From positions 48,819 through 112,818 of the forward strand of contig CAYXQO010000003.1 of assembly GCA_964467475.1 (NCBI GenBank): a stretch of 64,000 nucleotides of DNA. The letters run 5' to 3'. The notes beneath the pieces were generated by a model that saw only the letters and a list, made by a program, of their open reading frames with translations, searched no databases and was not told the origin of the DNA. The translations under genes were made by a program, and so were the position numbers. The stretch's first letter is position 1; every line of letters begins with the position of its first letter. This DNA comes from an uncultured Syntrophomonadaceae bacterium. Lineage in GTDB: Bacteria > Bacillota > Dethiobacteria > DTU022. Positions 9,317 through 18,342 of the stretch are shown here, piece by piece.

Positions 9317-11350
9317 ATGGCTAATGTTTCCGGTAATAAAAAAAAATTTCCGGTATTAACCGTTTTAGCGTTCATGCTGATTATTGTTTTAGCCTGGTTC
9401 TCAAGTTATGCTCCTCCCACCCTGAATGCTGCCGAGGATGATGAAATTGACTTTACTATATTACATACAAATGATGCACACGGGGCAATGATTCCGCACT
9501 CGTCTGCCATTGATTACCATCCCGAACGGGAGAATCCTACCATTGGTGGATACGCCCGCCTGGCCGATGCGGTTGCAGAAATTAGGGAAGAAAAAAAGAA
9601 AACCGGGGAACCGGTTTTGTTATTTTCAGGTGGAGATTTTATCGGCGGCACTGCTTTCAGCTGGTTGGTACCGGAAAGCTATGCCCCGGAATTGAGCGTT
9701 AAACAAGAAATCGGCTACGATGCGGTGGTTATCGGGAATCATGAGTTTGATTACGGTGCAGCTAATCTGGCCGATTATTTGCTTAAAGCCGGTTACCCGC
9801 AAGCCCATGAACATACTGCAGTGCTTGGATCTAATTTCAGGGTTCCTAACGATCACTTGTTGCAAGCCCAAAACCTTTACCTGGATAATCATCTAATTAC
9901 CCTTAAAAACGGCCTTAAAGTTGGGATATTTGGCTTAATGGGTAAAGATGCTGCCGATGTTACTTATGATCATGCTCCGGTGGAATTCACTGACCAGCAT
10001 GAAGCAGCCGAGCGAATGGTGGCAGAACTGGAAGGGCAGGGTGCACAAGTGATTGTCGCCCTTACTCATTCAGGTGTCGATGAAGACCTGGCATTGGCGA
10101 GGGATGTTTCCGGTATCGATGTTATTGTTGGTGGACACTGCCATACCGCCCTTCAGGAACCGCTGGTAGAAAATGATACAATAATAGTCCAGGCCGGTGC
10201 ACATTTGGAATATCTCGGTCAACTCGAGCTGGCCTATAATTCTGCGCGCGGGGAAGTGCGTATTCGCAACCTGGAAAGTGAAGCTTCCTTCTTACACAGG
10301 CTGGATAGCTCTTATAAAAAGGATCCGGAAATAGATGCAGCTGTGGCAGTATATAAGGAAAGGCTGAACGAGCTGGTTTATGAAAGAACGGATGGTGAGT
10401 TTAGACACATCCTTGACCCGGTAATGTTCTCAGATTTTAAAATTCCTGATTATCCACCCTTGCAGGAGTCGCCTTTTGGTAACTTTGTAACCGATGCGAT
10501 GCGCCTGGTTGCCGGGGATAAAACCGAACATAATCCCGATTTTGCCATCCAGGCTAACGGGGCAATAAGAGGAAGTGTTGTTCCGGGGTCTATGCCCCAC
10601 TCAATGGGGCAGGTATCGTTTTATGATTTAACCGAGCTTGTCGGTCTGGGCATTGGGGCTGATAATGAAGCCGGCTATCCCCTAACCGCTGTTTACCTGA
10701 CCGGTGATGAAATACTACAGCTTTTGGAAGTAGCCGCCTTGATCGAAGAAGTGATGGGTAATACTTATTTTCTCCAGTTTTCTGGCTTGCGGTATGAGTA
10801 TAATCCTCAGAATGCAATCTTATTTAATATCCCCTTTATAGATCTTCCCATTCCAACGACCGGTGCGGTGGTCAGCGCAGAACGCTACACGGGCGAGGGA
10901 CGTCAGGGTTTTGATGATCGGGAATATACTGCGATTAAAGAAGGGGATCAAGAGCTGTACTGCCTGATTACAGATTCATATGTGGTTTCTTTTTTACCCA
11001 TGGTAAACGAGCTTGTACCCCAGCTTGATGTTACGTTAAAAGATCGCGAGGGTAACCCTATTGGCGAAGAAGAAATCAAAGAGCAAATTCTTTATGTGAA
11101 CGGCAGAGAGTTAAAGGTGTGGCAGGCAGTCGTAGAGTATGCGGCAGGTCAACCGGAGGGCACAGCCGGTTTGCCCGAGGCTGAATCGTACTATGCTTCC
11201 ACTGCAGGCAGGATAAACCGGGTGTGGACCTTCCCTTACATAGCCTGGCTGGTCTTAGCCCTGGCTATCCTTTTTATAGTAATAGTAGCGGTTATCCTGG
11301 TAATTCGCCGAAGGGGACACCGTAAAAAGGCGTTAAACAGAATCCGGTAA
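9317..11350 (+). CDS. Bifunctional metallophosphatase/5'-nucleotidase, membrane anchored
   Basis: ILHTNDAHG...GNHEFDYG metallophosphoesterase motifs, plus a 5'-nucleotidase C-terminal domain. There are N- and C-terminal hydrophobic anchors. Confidence 0.8.
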   Translation: MANVSGNKKKFPVLTVLAFMLIIVLAWFSSYAPPTLNAAEDDEIDFTILHTNDAHGAMIPHSSAIDYHPERENPTIGGYARLADAVAEIREEKKKTGEPVLLFSGGDFIGGTAFSWLVPESYAPELSVKQEIGYDAVVIGNHEFDYGAANLADYLLKAGYPQAHEHTAVLGSNFRVPNDHLLQAQNLYLDNHLITLKNGLKVGIFGLMGKDAADVTYDHAPVEFTDQHEAAERMVAELEGQGAQVIVALTHSGVDEDLALARDVSGIDVIVGGHCHTALQEPLVENDTIIVQAGAHLEYLGQLELAYNSARGEVRIRNLESEASFLHRLDSSYKKDPEIDAAVAVYKERLNELVYERTDGEFRHILDPVMFSDFKIPDYPPLQESPFGNFVTDAMRLVAGDKTEHNPDFAIQANGAIRGSVVPGSMPHSMGQVSFYDLTELVGLGIGADNEAGYPLTAVYLTGDEILQLLEVAALIEEVMGNTYFLQFSGLRYEYNPQNAILFNIPFIDLPIPTTGAVVSAERYTGEGRQGFDDREYTAIKEGDQELYCLITDSYVVSFLPMVNELVPQLDVTLKDREGNPIGEEEIKEQILYVNGRELKVWQAVVEYAAGQPEGTAGLPEAESYYASTAGRINRVWTFPYIAWLVLALAILFIVIVAVILVIRRRGHRKKALNRIR

Positions 11351-11451
11351 GTGGTTTTAAGTCGCCACCATTATCCGCGACGAGTCGGCACTAGTCTAAA
11401 ATGTAGCACGGGTTCTAGCAAAAATAATTAAATTAAAAAAGATCGGAGTTG

Positions 11452-12312
11452 ATGGAATTGAAAAATCTTGCCTGGATTGATGGGAATGTTTGCAATCTGG
11501 AAGAAGCAAAGATCCCGTTGGAGGACAGGGGTTTTCTTTTTGGTGACGGAGTTTATGAGGTAATAAAAGTTTATAACGGCAAACCTTTTTACCTGGGAGC
11601 CCACCTGGAAAGGCTGCAGCGCAGCGCCAGTGCGATAAGTATTAATATCCCCTATCCGTACCCGGACCTGGTCAGGTACAGCTGTGACCTGGTAGAACAA
11701 AGTGAATGCGACCATGGATATCTTTACCTGCAAGTTACCAGGGGATGCGCACCGCGTGGTCATCTTTTTCCCGGTAATGTTTCACCTACAGTGGTGATGT
11801 ACGTGCGAGGTTTTGAGTCTGGGCCTCCAGATGAGCTGGCTGAACCGGTGGATTGTATCACCCTCCCCGATGAGAGGTGGTTAAATTGCTATATTAAAAC
11901 GGTCAACCTGTTACCAAATGTGCTGGCATTGCAAAAAGCTCATGAAATGGATGCCGGTGAGGCTATCTTGTATCGCCCGGACGGAACTGTTACTGAGGGA
12001 ACCAGGACTAATATTTTTGCGGTTATCGAAGGAACTGTTAAAACTCACCCGGAAACCAGGTATGTTTTACCCGGCATCACCAGGCGGATAGCACTCGATA
12101 TTCTTGAAGATCTGCAAATATCTGTTTTGGAGGAACCTTTTAAGGTTAACGATTTAGCTGAAGCAAGCGAGGTTTGGACAGCTTCCACCGGAATGGAAAT
12201 ATTACCGGTAGGAACTATTGATGGCAGAGCTTTGAAAGAACCTGCTCCCGGTCCGGTTTGCCGGCAGGTGGCCGAAAAGTTTTGGGAAATTGTCCGATCC
12301 GAGTGTTATTGA
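11452..12312 (+). CDS. Class IV aminotransferase (likely D-amino-acid aminotransferase)
   Basis: FLFGDGVYEVIKVYNGKPF...HLERL motifs of fold-type IV PLP enzymes. The start is ATG 11452. Confidence 0.7.
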   Translation: MELKNLAWIDGNVCNLEEAKIPLEDRGFLFGDGVYEVIKVYNGKPFYLGAHLERLQRSASAISINIPYPYPDLVRYSCDLVEQSECDHGYLYLQVTRGCAPRGHLFPGNVSPTVVMYVRGFESGPPDELAEPVDCITLPDERWLNCYIKTVNLLPNVLALQKAHEMDAGEAILYRPDGTVTEGTRTNIFAVIEGTVKTHPETRYVLPGITRRIALDILEDLQISVLEEPFKVNDLAEASEVWTASTGMEILPVGTIDGRALKEPAPGPVCRQVAEKFWEIVRSECY

Positions 12313-12459
12313 TCAAAAGAGTTATGTCTCAACCGAAAATAAAGATTCGATTTGCCAGGTGTCTCGTGGAAATAAATGAGACTATAAAAAGCTGACAGTT
12401 TTTAAAGCCGGGAATTTGTTATAGAATAGAATCAGCAATTTTGGTGGAGGTGAGCAATA

Positions 12460-13581
12460 ATGCAGGCAAGAGTAGAAAATATTATCGACTACATGGAAGC
12501 ACTGGCTCCTTCTTCGATAGCTTTGTCCGGTGATCCGGTAGGTTTACAGTTGGGACATCCCGAAGCAGAAATAAAAAAAATTATGGTTGCTTTAGATCCC
12601 GACTGGGAAACAATTGATGAAGCTTCTAATACTGGCACTGATATGCTGGTAACCCATCACCCTCTATTCTATAACAAACTTTCCGGAATTGATGAAAGTT
12701 CCCCGGCAGGCTCCCTGGTGGCTGCTGCTGTAAGGAAGGGGCTCCATATTTTCAGTGCACACACCAACTATGATATATCACCATATGGGGTGAGCTATCG
12801 CCTTGCACAATGCCTGGGATTTCCCTTAAAGCATACCTCCGTTTTAGAGGTGACCGGGAGTGAGCAAATGCTGAAGCTGGTAGTTTTTGTTCCAGACGGT
12901 TACGAAGACAGGGTTCGCGATGCCCTGGCCGAAGCCGGCGCTGCCCAAATGGGCGAGTATAGCCATTGCACTTTCCAGGCACCTGGAACAGGCACATTTA
13001 TGCCCGGTGAAGGAACCAGTCCGTTTATTGGCGATCAGGGAAAACTGGAGAAGGTTAACGAATTGCGTATGGAAACAATATTACCGGCTACTTTCCGTTC
13101 AAAAGTAATTAAATCTTTAATCGAAGCGCATCCTTATGAAGAAGTGGCTTACGACTTGTACCCGCTTGCCCTGGAAGGTAAAAGCATCGGATTAGGCTTG
13201 AACATTGAACTTGAAGAACCGTTACCCCTGGAAAAACTGGTTGAAAACTGCCGCAAAAATTTAAAACCGGCAACCTTGCGCTACTGGACACCCCAAACCA
13301 GGGAAGTTACCAGGATAGCTCTCTGCGGGGGTAGTGGTGGATCTATTATTGCGAATGCTGCCGGTCATGGAGCGGAGGTTTTAATCTCGGGAGATTTCCG
13401 TCACCATGACCTGAAACATGCCCAGGCCCTGGGATTAGCCCTTGTGGATGCCGGGCATGATGCTACCGAGTGGCCAGGGGTTTCTTACCTCCAGCAATAC
13501 CTGGAGAAACGCTTGAAAGAAGACGGTTATAATACCGAAGTATTTCTGCCGGCTTCGGCCGCAGAAAATTGGAGCAGCTAG
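12460..13581 (+). CDS. Nif3-family dinuclear metal center protein
   Basis: N-terminal Nif3 motifs (MVALDPD...DMLVTHHPLF). Length 373 aa. Confidence 0.85.
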   Translation: MQARVENIIDYMEALAPSSIALSGDPVGLQLGHPEAEIKKIMVALDPDWETIDEASNTGTDMLVTHHPLFYNKLSGIDESSPAGSLVAAAVRKGLHIFSAHTNYDISPYGVSYRLAQCLGFPLKHTSVLEVTGSEQMLKLVVFVPDGYEDRVRDALAEAGAAQMGEYSHCTFQAPGTGTFMPGEGTSPFIGDQGKLEKVNELRMETILPATFRSKVIKSLIEAHPYEEVAYDLYPLALEGKSIGLGLNIELEEPLPLEKLVENCRKNLKPATLRYWTPQTREVTRIALCGGSGGSIIANAAGHGAEVLISGDFRHHDLKHAQALGLALVDAGHDATEWPGVSYLQQYLEKRLKEDGYNTEVFLPASAAENWSS

Positions 13582-13586
13582 TTCGT

Positions 13587-13618
13587 TAGGGTAGGTTAAA
13601 ACCTACCCTATTTTATTG
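13587..13618 (+). terminator. Rho-independent terminator-like hairpin
   Basis: TAGGGTAGGTTAAAACCTACCCTA followed by TTTTATT. Confidence 0.5.
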
Positions 13619-13754
13619 CCTTCCGGTATTAATCGCTTAATCTTTAGGCCCCCTATACTGGATGATTATTAAAAGGGTATATTTATTACCTGTTTAAATT
13701 GAACTTGTATTTTTAACTACGGTAATAATCAAATTAGGAGAGGGGTGTTTAAAT

Positions 13755-14471
13755 GTGCAGTTGAAATTATTATGGGAACTGCAGGAACTGGATTTGTCGA
13801 TTAGAGATCTTGAACAAAAAATTGAAGAGGCTCCTCAAATGAGCGGGGTTGAAGAAGCAAAAGAGCATATGGAAAGCATGGAGCAGAAATATGCTGCAAT
13901 TGAAGAGAGATTGCAAGAAGATCGAAAAAAATTAAGACAGCTGGAGCTGGAGGAACAAAAATTAACCGATGACAGCAAAGAATTGAATGACAGTATGTAT
14001 GGTGGCAAAGTAAAAAATGTTAAAGAACTGGAGCAAATGCAGCGTAAGTTGGACCTGTTGGCTGAAGATAAGAAAAAAGTGGAAGAGGACATCTTGGCTC
14101 TAATGGAGTCGATTGAGGAACAGGAACAGAAGTTACAGGAAGCAGAAGAAGAATTAAATAATAGCAGGCAGGTTTTAAAAGATAAAGAAAACCAGCTTGC
14201 AGCGGACTTGCAATCATTAAAGCGGGAACTTTCAAGATTGCAAGATGAACGTGAACAGCAGGAAGCGAAAATAGATCGAAAGTATCTTGATAAGTATGCT
14301 GTGCTGGCGGAAAAATATCAGGGGAAGGCCATGGCCAGGGTTGATCATGATATTTGTGGCGGTTGTCGGGTTTTCATTTCATCAGCCCAGCGCGGTCACC
14401 TTTACAATCCGAGCGCAATGGTGTATTGTGAAAACTGCGGGCGCTTACTGGTGAAACTGGAAAATCAGTAA
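13755..14471 (+). CDS. Zinc-ribbon coiled-coil protein (COG1579-like, the usual Nif3 neighbour)
   Basis: Long coiled coil, then C-terminal CGGCRV...CENCGRLL. GTG start. Confidence 0.7.
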   Translation: MQLKLLWELQELDLSIRDLEQKIEEAPQMSGVEEAKEHMESMEQKYAAIEERLQEDRKKLRQLELEEQKLTDDSKELNDSMYGGKVKNVKELEQMQRKLDLLAEDKKKVEEDILALMESIEEQEQKLQEAEEELNNSRQVLKDKENQLAADLQSLKRELSRLQDEREQQEAKIDRKYLDKYAVLAEKYQGKAMARVDHDICGGCRVFISSAQRGHLYNPSAMVYCENCGRLLVKLENQ

Positions 14472-14541
14472 GGGTATCATATTAATACCGCGGCAATGAA
14501 AATATGCCGTAGCTCTCAATATTGGTACGGAGGGGTATGCT

Positions 14542-15354
14542 TTGGCAAAAAAAGAAGCTCCGAAAACATTAAAACAAAAAAGGTGGGCGGCCATCGTTGC
14601 CGGTATTCTTGCTTTTGGGATGCTTGTTTCCGCCGTGGGGGCATATCTAGGCCAGGGTTTGGGCCAAGAAGGTGCCGTTTTGCCGGATCAGCAGGCGGAT
14701 CCTGAACCGGAAGATTATCTTGCACATTATGAAAGCGAAGTTGAAAGGTTGGAGAATTACCTGGAGGAACATGAACCTACCGCGGTGGTGCTGCGCGAGT
14801 TGGCCGAGAATTACCAGTTTTTAGTCTTTATAAAACAGGTTTACTTTGAAGATCAGGAATCGGTTCAGGAGTACAAGGAAAGAATGGTCTCGATTTACGA
14901 AACGCTGACTGAAAAAGAGCCGGATGAGCCTGAACACCGCTATGAATTGATTAACCTCTACCTGGAAACGCAAAAAGAAGAAGAGTTAGTTGATCGGGAA
15001 ATTGCTGTTTTGCTGGATATTCTGCGTGAAAATCCGGATCCCATGATCCATCTTTCCCTGGTGGAGACCCTTTCTGCCGCAGGGGAAGAAGAAAAAGTCC
15101 AGGAAGAAGTCAACTGGCTTAAGGATTATCTTGAAAAAAGAGTGTCCGAAGGGGCGGCGGATAATGAACAGCGTTATATTTATGCTGTCCTCTTAGGAGA
15201 ATTCCTGGAAGATCCCGGGACAGCCGAAGTTATATTAAAAGATATTTTAGATGAAGAAAGCGAAGGTAGCAGGTTGTACCAGGCCGCCAGTCAGTACCTT
15301 AGTTTTCTTGAGGCAGATGTCGATTATGAGGAAGACGAGGTCTTCATAGATTAA
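14542..15354 (+). CDS. Hypothetical membrane-anchored acidic helical-repeat protein
   Basis: An N-terminal TM segment followed by an acidic alpha-helical region. Confidence 0.4.
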   Translation: MAKKEAPKTLKQKRWAAIVAGILAFGMLVSAVGAYLGQGLGQEGAVLPDQQADPEPEDYLAHYESEVERLENYLEEHEPTAVVLRELAENYQFLVFIKQVYFEDQESVQEYKERMVSIYETLTEKEPDEPEHRYELINLYLETQKEEELVDREIAVLLDILRENPDPMIHLSLVETLSAAGEEEKVQEEVNWLKDYLEKRVSEGAADNEQRYIYAVLLGEFLEDPGTAEVILKDILDEESEGSRLYQAASQYLSFLEADVDYEEDEVFID

Positions 15355-15385
15355 ATAGTGAAGGGAAAGAGCCAAAAAAGGGATT

Positions 15386-16147
15386 ATGGATAGAGAAAAG
15401 TTACTGCGTTTATTCCAAGAGCTGCGCAAACGGTTAATCATCATTGCGGTTACAGTTTTTGTTTTTGCAATAGTCGGTTTTACTTTTAGCGATGAAATCC
15501 GCAGGATTTTATTAATGCCTGCTGATATGGCCTATGCCGGCCTTGATCCTGAAGAGATTGATCTGCAGTTGATCTTCCTTACCCCTTCAGAAGCCCTGAT
15601 GGCCAATATCCGTTTGGCTTTTATAACCAGCGCTACTGTAACTATGCCGATCATTCTTTATCAACTGGTTGCCCTGGCTATAGCTACAGCCGGGAAACCA
15701 AGGAAATCGGCTGTGTTGTTAACCTTGATAATGTACATCCTTTTTGGATTGGGTTTGTCTTTTGCTTATTTTGTGGTTTTACCCTTTGCTTTAAACTTCT
15801 TTATTGGTTTTTCAGGGGCAGACTTAATGCCCAGTTTTAGTATTGCCCGGTATGTTTCTTTTACTACAGCCTTTATTTTCTCATTTGGCCTGGTTTTTCA
15901 AATGCCGGTATTGTTTTGGTTTCTAGGGAGCATAGGATTGCTCACCACTGACTTCTTAAAACGCAACCGTAAATTTGCCCTATTGATAATTATTTTATTT
16001 GCTTCTGTTTTAACCCCTCCGGATATATTTTCCCAGGTATTAATGGCTATTCCCCTAATGATTTTATATGAACTGGGAATTTTGATGGTTCATCTATCCT
16101 GGCGCAAAAAAGACAAACAAGATCTGAATGATGCCTCTACCGGTTAA
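15386..16147 (+). CDS. tatC: Twin-arginine translocase subunit TatC
   Basis: Six TM helices and TatC family motifs. Confidence 0.8.
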   Translation: MDREKLLRLFQELRKRLIIIAVTVFVFAIVGFTFSDEIRRILLMPADMAYAGLDPEEIDLQLIFLTPSEALMANIRLAFITSATVTMPIILYQLVALAIATAGKPRKSAVLLTLIMYILFGLGLSFAYFVVLPFALNFFIGFSGADLMPSFSIARYVSFTTAFIFSFGLVFQMPVLFWFLGSIGLLTTDFLKRNRKFALLIIILFASVLTPPDIFSQVLMAIPLMILYELGILMVHLSWRKKDKQDLNDASTG

Positions 16148-16376
16148 AAAGCGCAGGGTGCTTATTCCAAAAATGCTAACATGAAGCGAACACATTGTGT
16201 TAGCAATTGCTAATTGTTTGTATGATCTGTATGTTAGTTTTTGGTGTGGTTCGGCAAAAAAGATAGATTAACCAGGGTAAAGAAGTGGTTCTAAGAAGGG
16301 AATAACCAGAATATGTAGAAATTAACATTGCAACTCAAAAATATTGCAGGAACCTCGGAAAGGCAGACGATTAGTG

Positions 16377-17939
16377 ATGAAAATAGCCGGTGATGGAGTA
16401 TACCGGGGAGAAACGTTAAATAACAAACCGCACGGCCGAGGAACTGTGACCTGGCCAGACGGCAGCCGGTACACCGGTGAATTTAAAAACGGGTATTTTC
16501 ATGGTGAAGGTACTTTTATATGGTCGCATGGCGACAAGTATGAAGGACAGTGGAAAGAAGACCGCATGCATGGGCGGGGCACCTACCTTTTTGCTGATTG
16601 GCGCAAATATGAAGGGCAATGGTGTGAAGACCAAATGCACGGGCTGGGCACTTATTATTGGCCCAGCGGGGAAAAATACGAGGGTGAATTTGTAAACGGC
16701 CATTATGAGGGCCACGGCACCTATTCCTGGCCAGATGGCAAATTGTATTCGGGAAAGTGGAAGAGATCTTGCCGCCACGGGGAAGGCAAAATGACCTGGC
16801 CTGATGGCAAAAGTTATTCCGGATGTTGGTTTGAAGACCTCAGGCATGGCTATGGAGAACAAGTCTGGCCCGACGGGCGTTCTTATGCTGGTGAGTGGAA
16901 AAGGAACCGGATGCATGGGCATGGTATCTACACATTTGCTGATGGTTCGCGCTATGAAGGTTTGTTCAAAGAAGGCAGTTTTGTCGACAAGGGAAAATTT
17001 TATTATCCCGACGGTTCCAGGTTCAAGGGTAAAATTTTCAACGGGCTTCCCCATGGCAAAGGAATCGTTTTGTTTTCCGATGGCAGCCAGTTCTACGGAA
17101 AGTTTGAGTACGGTTACGACATCGGGTGGGGAGAATGCTATTATTCTGACGGATCGAAATATATCGGTGAAAGCAAACAGAATTTACCCCATGGTGAGGG
17201 CAGGTTAAATTATCCGGATGGTTCTCGCTATGTAGGGATGTTTAAAAATGGAGTTCCCGATGATTCGGGAAGTTTCTTTTTTAACGATGGATCTCGTTTT
17301 GCCGGAGATATGAAGCATGGTCGTCCACACGGTCAGGGGAGAGTAACTTTTAGGGATGGATCGAATTACACGGGCGAATTTAGGAAAGGTTCTAGAGAGG
17401 GTAAAGGCCGACAAGCCTGGCCTGATGGTTCCGAATACGAGGGGGAATGGTTTGACGACCGAATCAGCGGCCAGGGAGTCTACTGTTCTGCTTCGGGAAA
17501 TCGCTACGAAGGGTATTTTTATAACAACCTACGTCATGGATGGGGCTGCCTGGAGCAGGCTGACGGAGCAGAATTTGAAGGGAACTGGAAAAATGGTAAA
17601 ATGCACGGCTATGGCCGCTGCCGGTTTGCCCGGGGTGGCTTATATGAAGGAGAATTTGCCGGTGGCAAGTTTCATGGTTGGGGCGTGAGAACCTGGGCTG
17701 CCGGCAGTATCTACAAGGGCCGCTGGTGGAAAGGATTAAGGCACAAGTACGGAACTTATTCGCCTGTTGTTGGTGATCAATACAATGGAGGATGGTTTTT
17801 GGACCGCTGTCACGGACACGGCCGCATAATAACCGGAGAAGTGTTTAAAAAGGGTTTTTGGTTTTTAGGTTTTGGACCGTTCAGGGTTACCGAAGAGCAC
17901 TTAGATTTCTCTTCTGAAGGCAACTTTTCTGAAAGCTAA
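16377..17939 (+). CDS. MORN-repeat protein (~22 tandem MORN repeats)
   Basis: The unit Y.G.W...K.HG.G is repeated throughout. The repeats also create ORF artefacts in other frames. Confidence 0.75.
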   Translation: MKIAGDGVYRGETLNNKPHGRGTVTWPDGSRYTGEFKNGYFHGEGTFIWSHGDKYEGQWKEDRMHGRGTYLFADWRKYEGQWCEDQMHGLGTYYWPSGEKYEGEFVNGHYEGHGTYSWPDGKLYSGKWKRSCRHGEGKMTWPDGKSYSGCWFEDLRHGYGEQVWPDGRSYAGEWKRNRMHGHGIYTFADGSRYEGLFKEGSFVDKGKFYYPDGSRFKGKIFNGLPHGKGIVLFSDGSQFYGKFEYGYDIGWGECYYSDGSKYIGESKQNLPHGEGRLNYPDGSRYVGMFKNGVPDDSGSFFFNDGSRFAGDMKHGRPHGQGRVTFRDGSNYTGEFRKGSREGKGRQAWPDGSEYEGEWFDDRISGQGVYCSASGNRYEGYFYNNLRHGWGCLEQADGAEFEGNWKNGKMHGYGRCRFARGGLYEGEFAGGKFHGWGVRTWAAGSIYKGRWWKGLRHKYGTYSPVVGDQYNGGWFLDRCHGHGRIITGEVFKKGFWFLGFGPFRVTEEHLDFSSEGNFSES

Positions 17940-17964
17940 AAGCGATAATAATGTCGGTGAACAA

Positions 17965-17993
17965 TTGACAATATATTTATTTTTAATTATACT
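17965..17993 (+). promoter_or_regulatory. Sigma-A-type promoter (TTGACA, 17-nt spacer, TATACT)
   Basis: Read directly. Positioned to start a transcript ~18 nt before the riboswitch-like element. Confidence 0.5.
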
Positions 17994-18017
17994 TTGAGCA
18001 CTGGATAATTTATGGTG

Positions 18018-18112
18018 TCCGATCGACAAAGGCAAACCTGTCGAGAGGCAGGGGCGCAAAACCAAGGGCCTTAGGAATTACAATGGGCTAAGGCAGCCTG
18101 GTTGCCAGATTG
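18018..18112 (+). ncRNA. Candidate c-di-GMP-I (GEMM) riboswitch aptamer
   Basis: GGCAAACC precedes a hairpin CCUGUC-GAGA-GGCAGG with a GNRA loop. Then comes GGCGCAAAACC, a P3 hairpin GCCUUAGG...CUAAGGC, and a closing GGUUGCC. This parallels the Vc2-type consensus GGCAAACC-hairpin(GAAA)-GACGCAAAGCC. Confidence 0.6.
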
Positions 18113-18135
18113 GCATTTTGAACATTTCTTTGTCG

Positions 18136-18162
18136 GTCCCTTATTTTAAAGGGTTTTTTTTA
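18136..18162 (+). terminator. Riboswitch expression-platform terminator
   Basis: CCCTTATTTTAAAGGG followed by TTTTTTTT. Confidence 0.5.
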
Positions 18163-18342
18163 TGTATTATATCGAAAGACTGAACCCGGCTATAATATTT
18201 AACTATATTTGTTTTATTTACAATTTCAATTACTAAGGTTAACTTAAACCGGGGTAAAGGATATCGCTTTATACTTAATCCGTTTAAGCTTGATGCCGAT
18301 AATAATAACAGCAACACTAGCAGAATTTAGGTGCGATCAAAT

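Noticed and set aside
16416-17414. Several 70-210 aa ORFs on both strands inside the MORN gene
   Set aside because: Artefacts of the G-rich periodic MORN coding repeats. The sense frame encodes perfect MORN units.
18162-18236. 24-codon ORF (MYYIERLNPAII...) between the riboswitch terminator and HD-GYP
   Set aside because: Starts within the terminator U-tract, has no RBS, and is AT-rich spacer.
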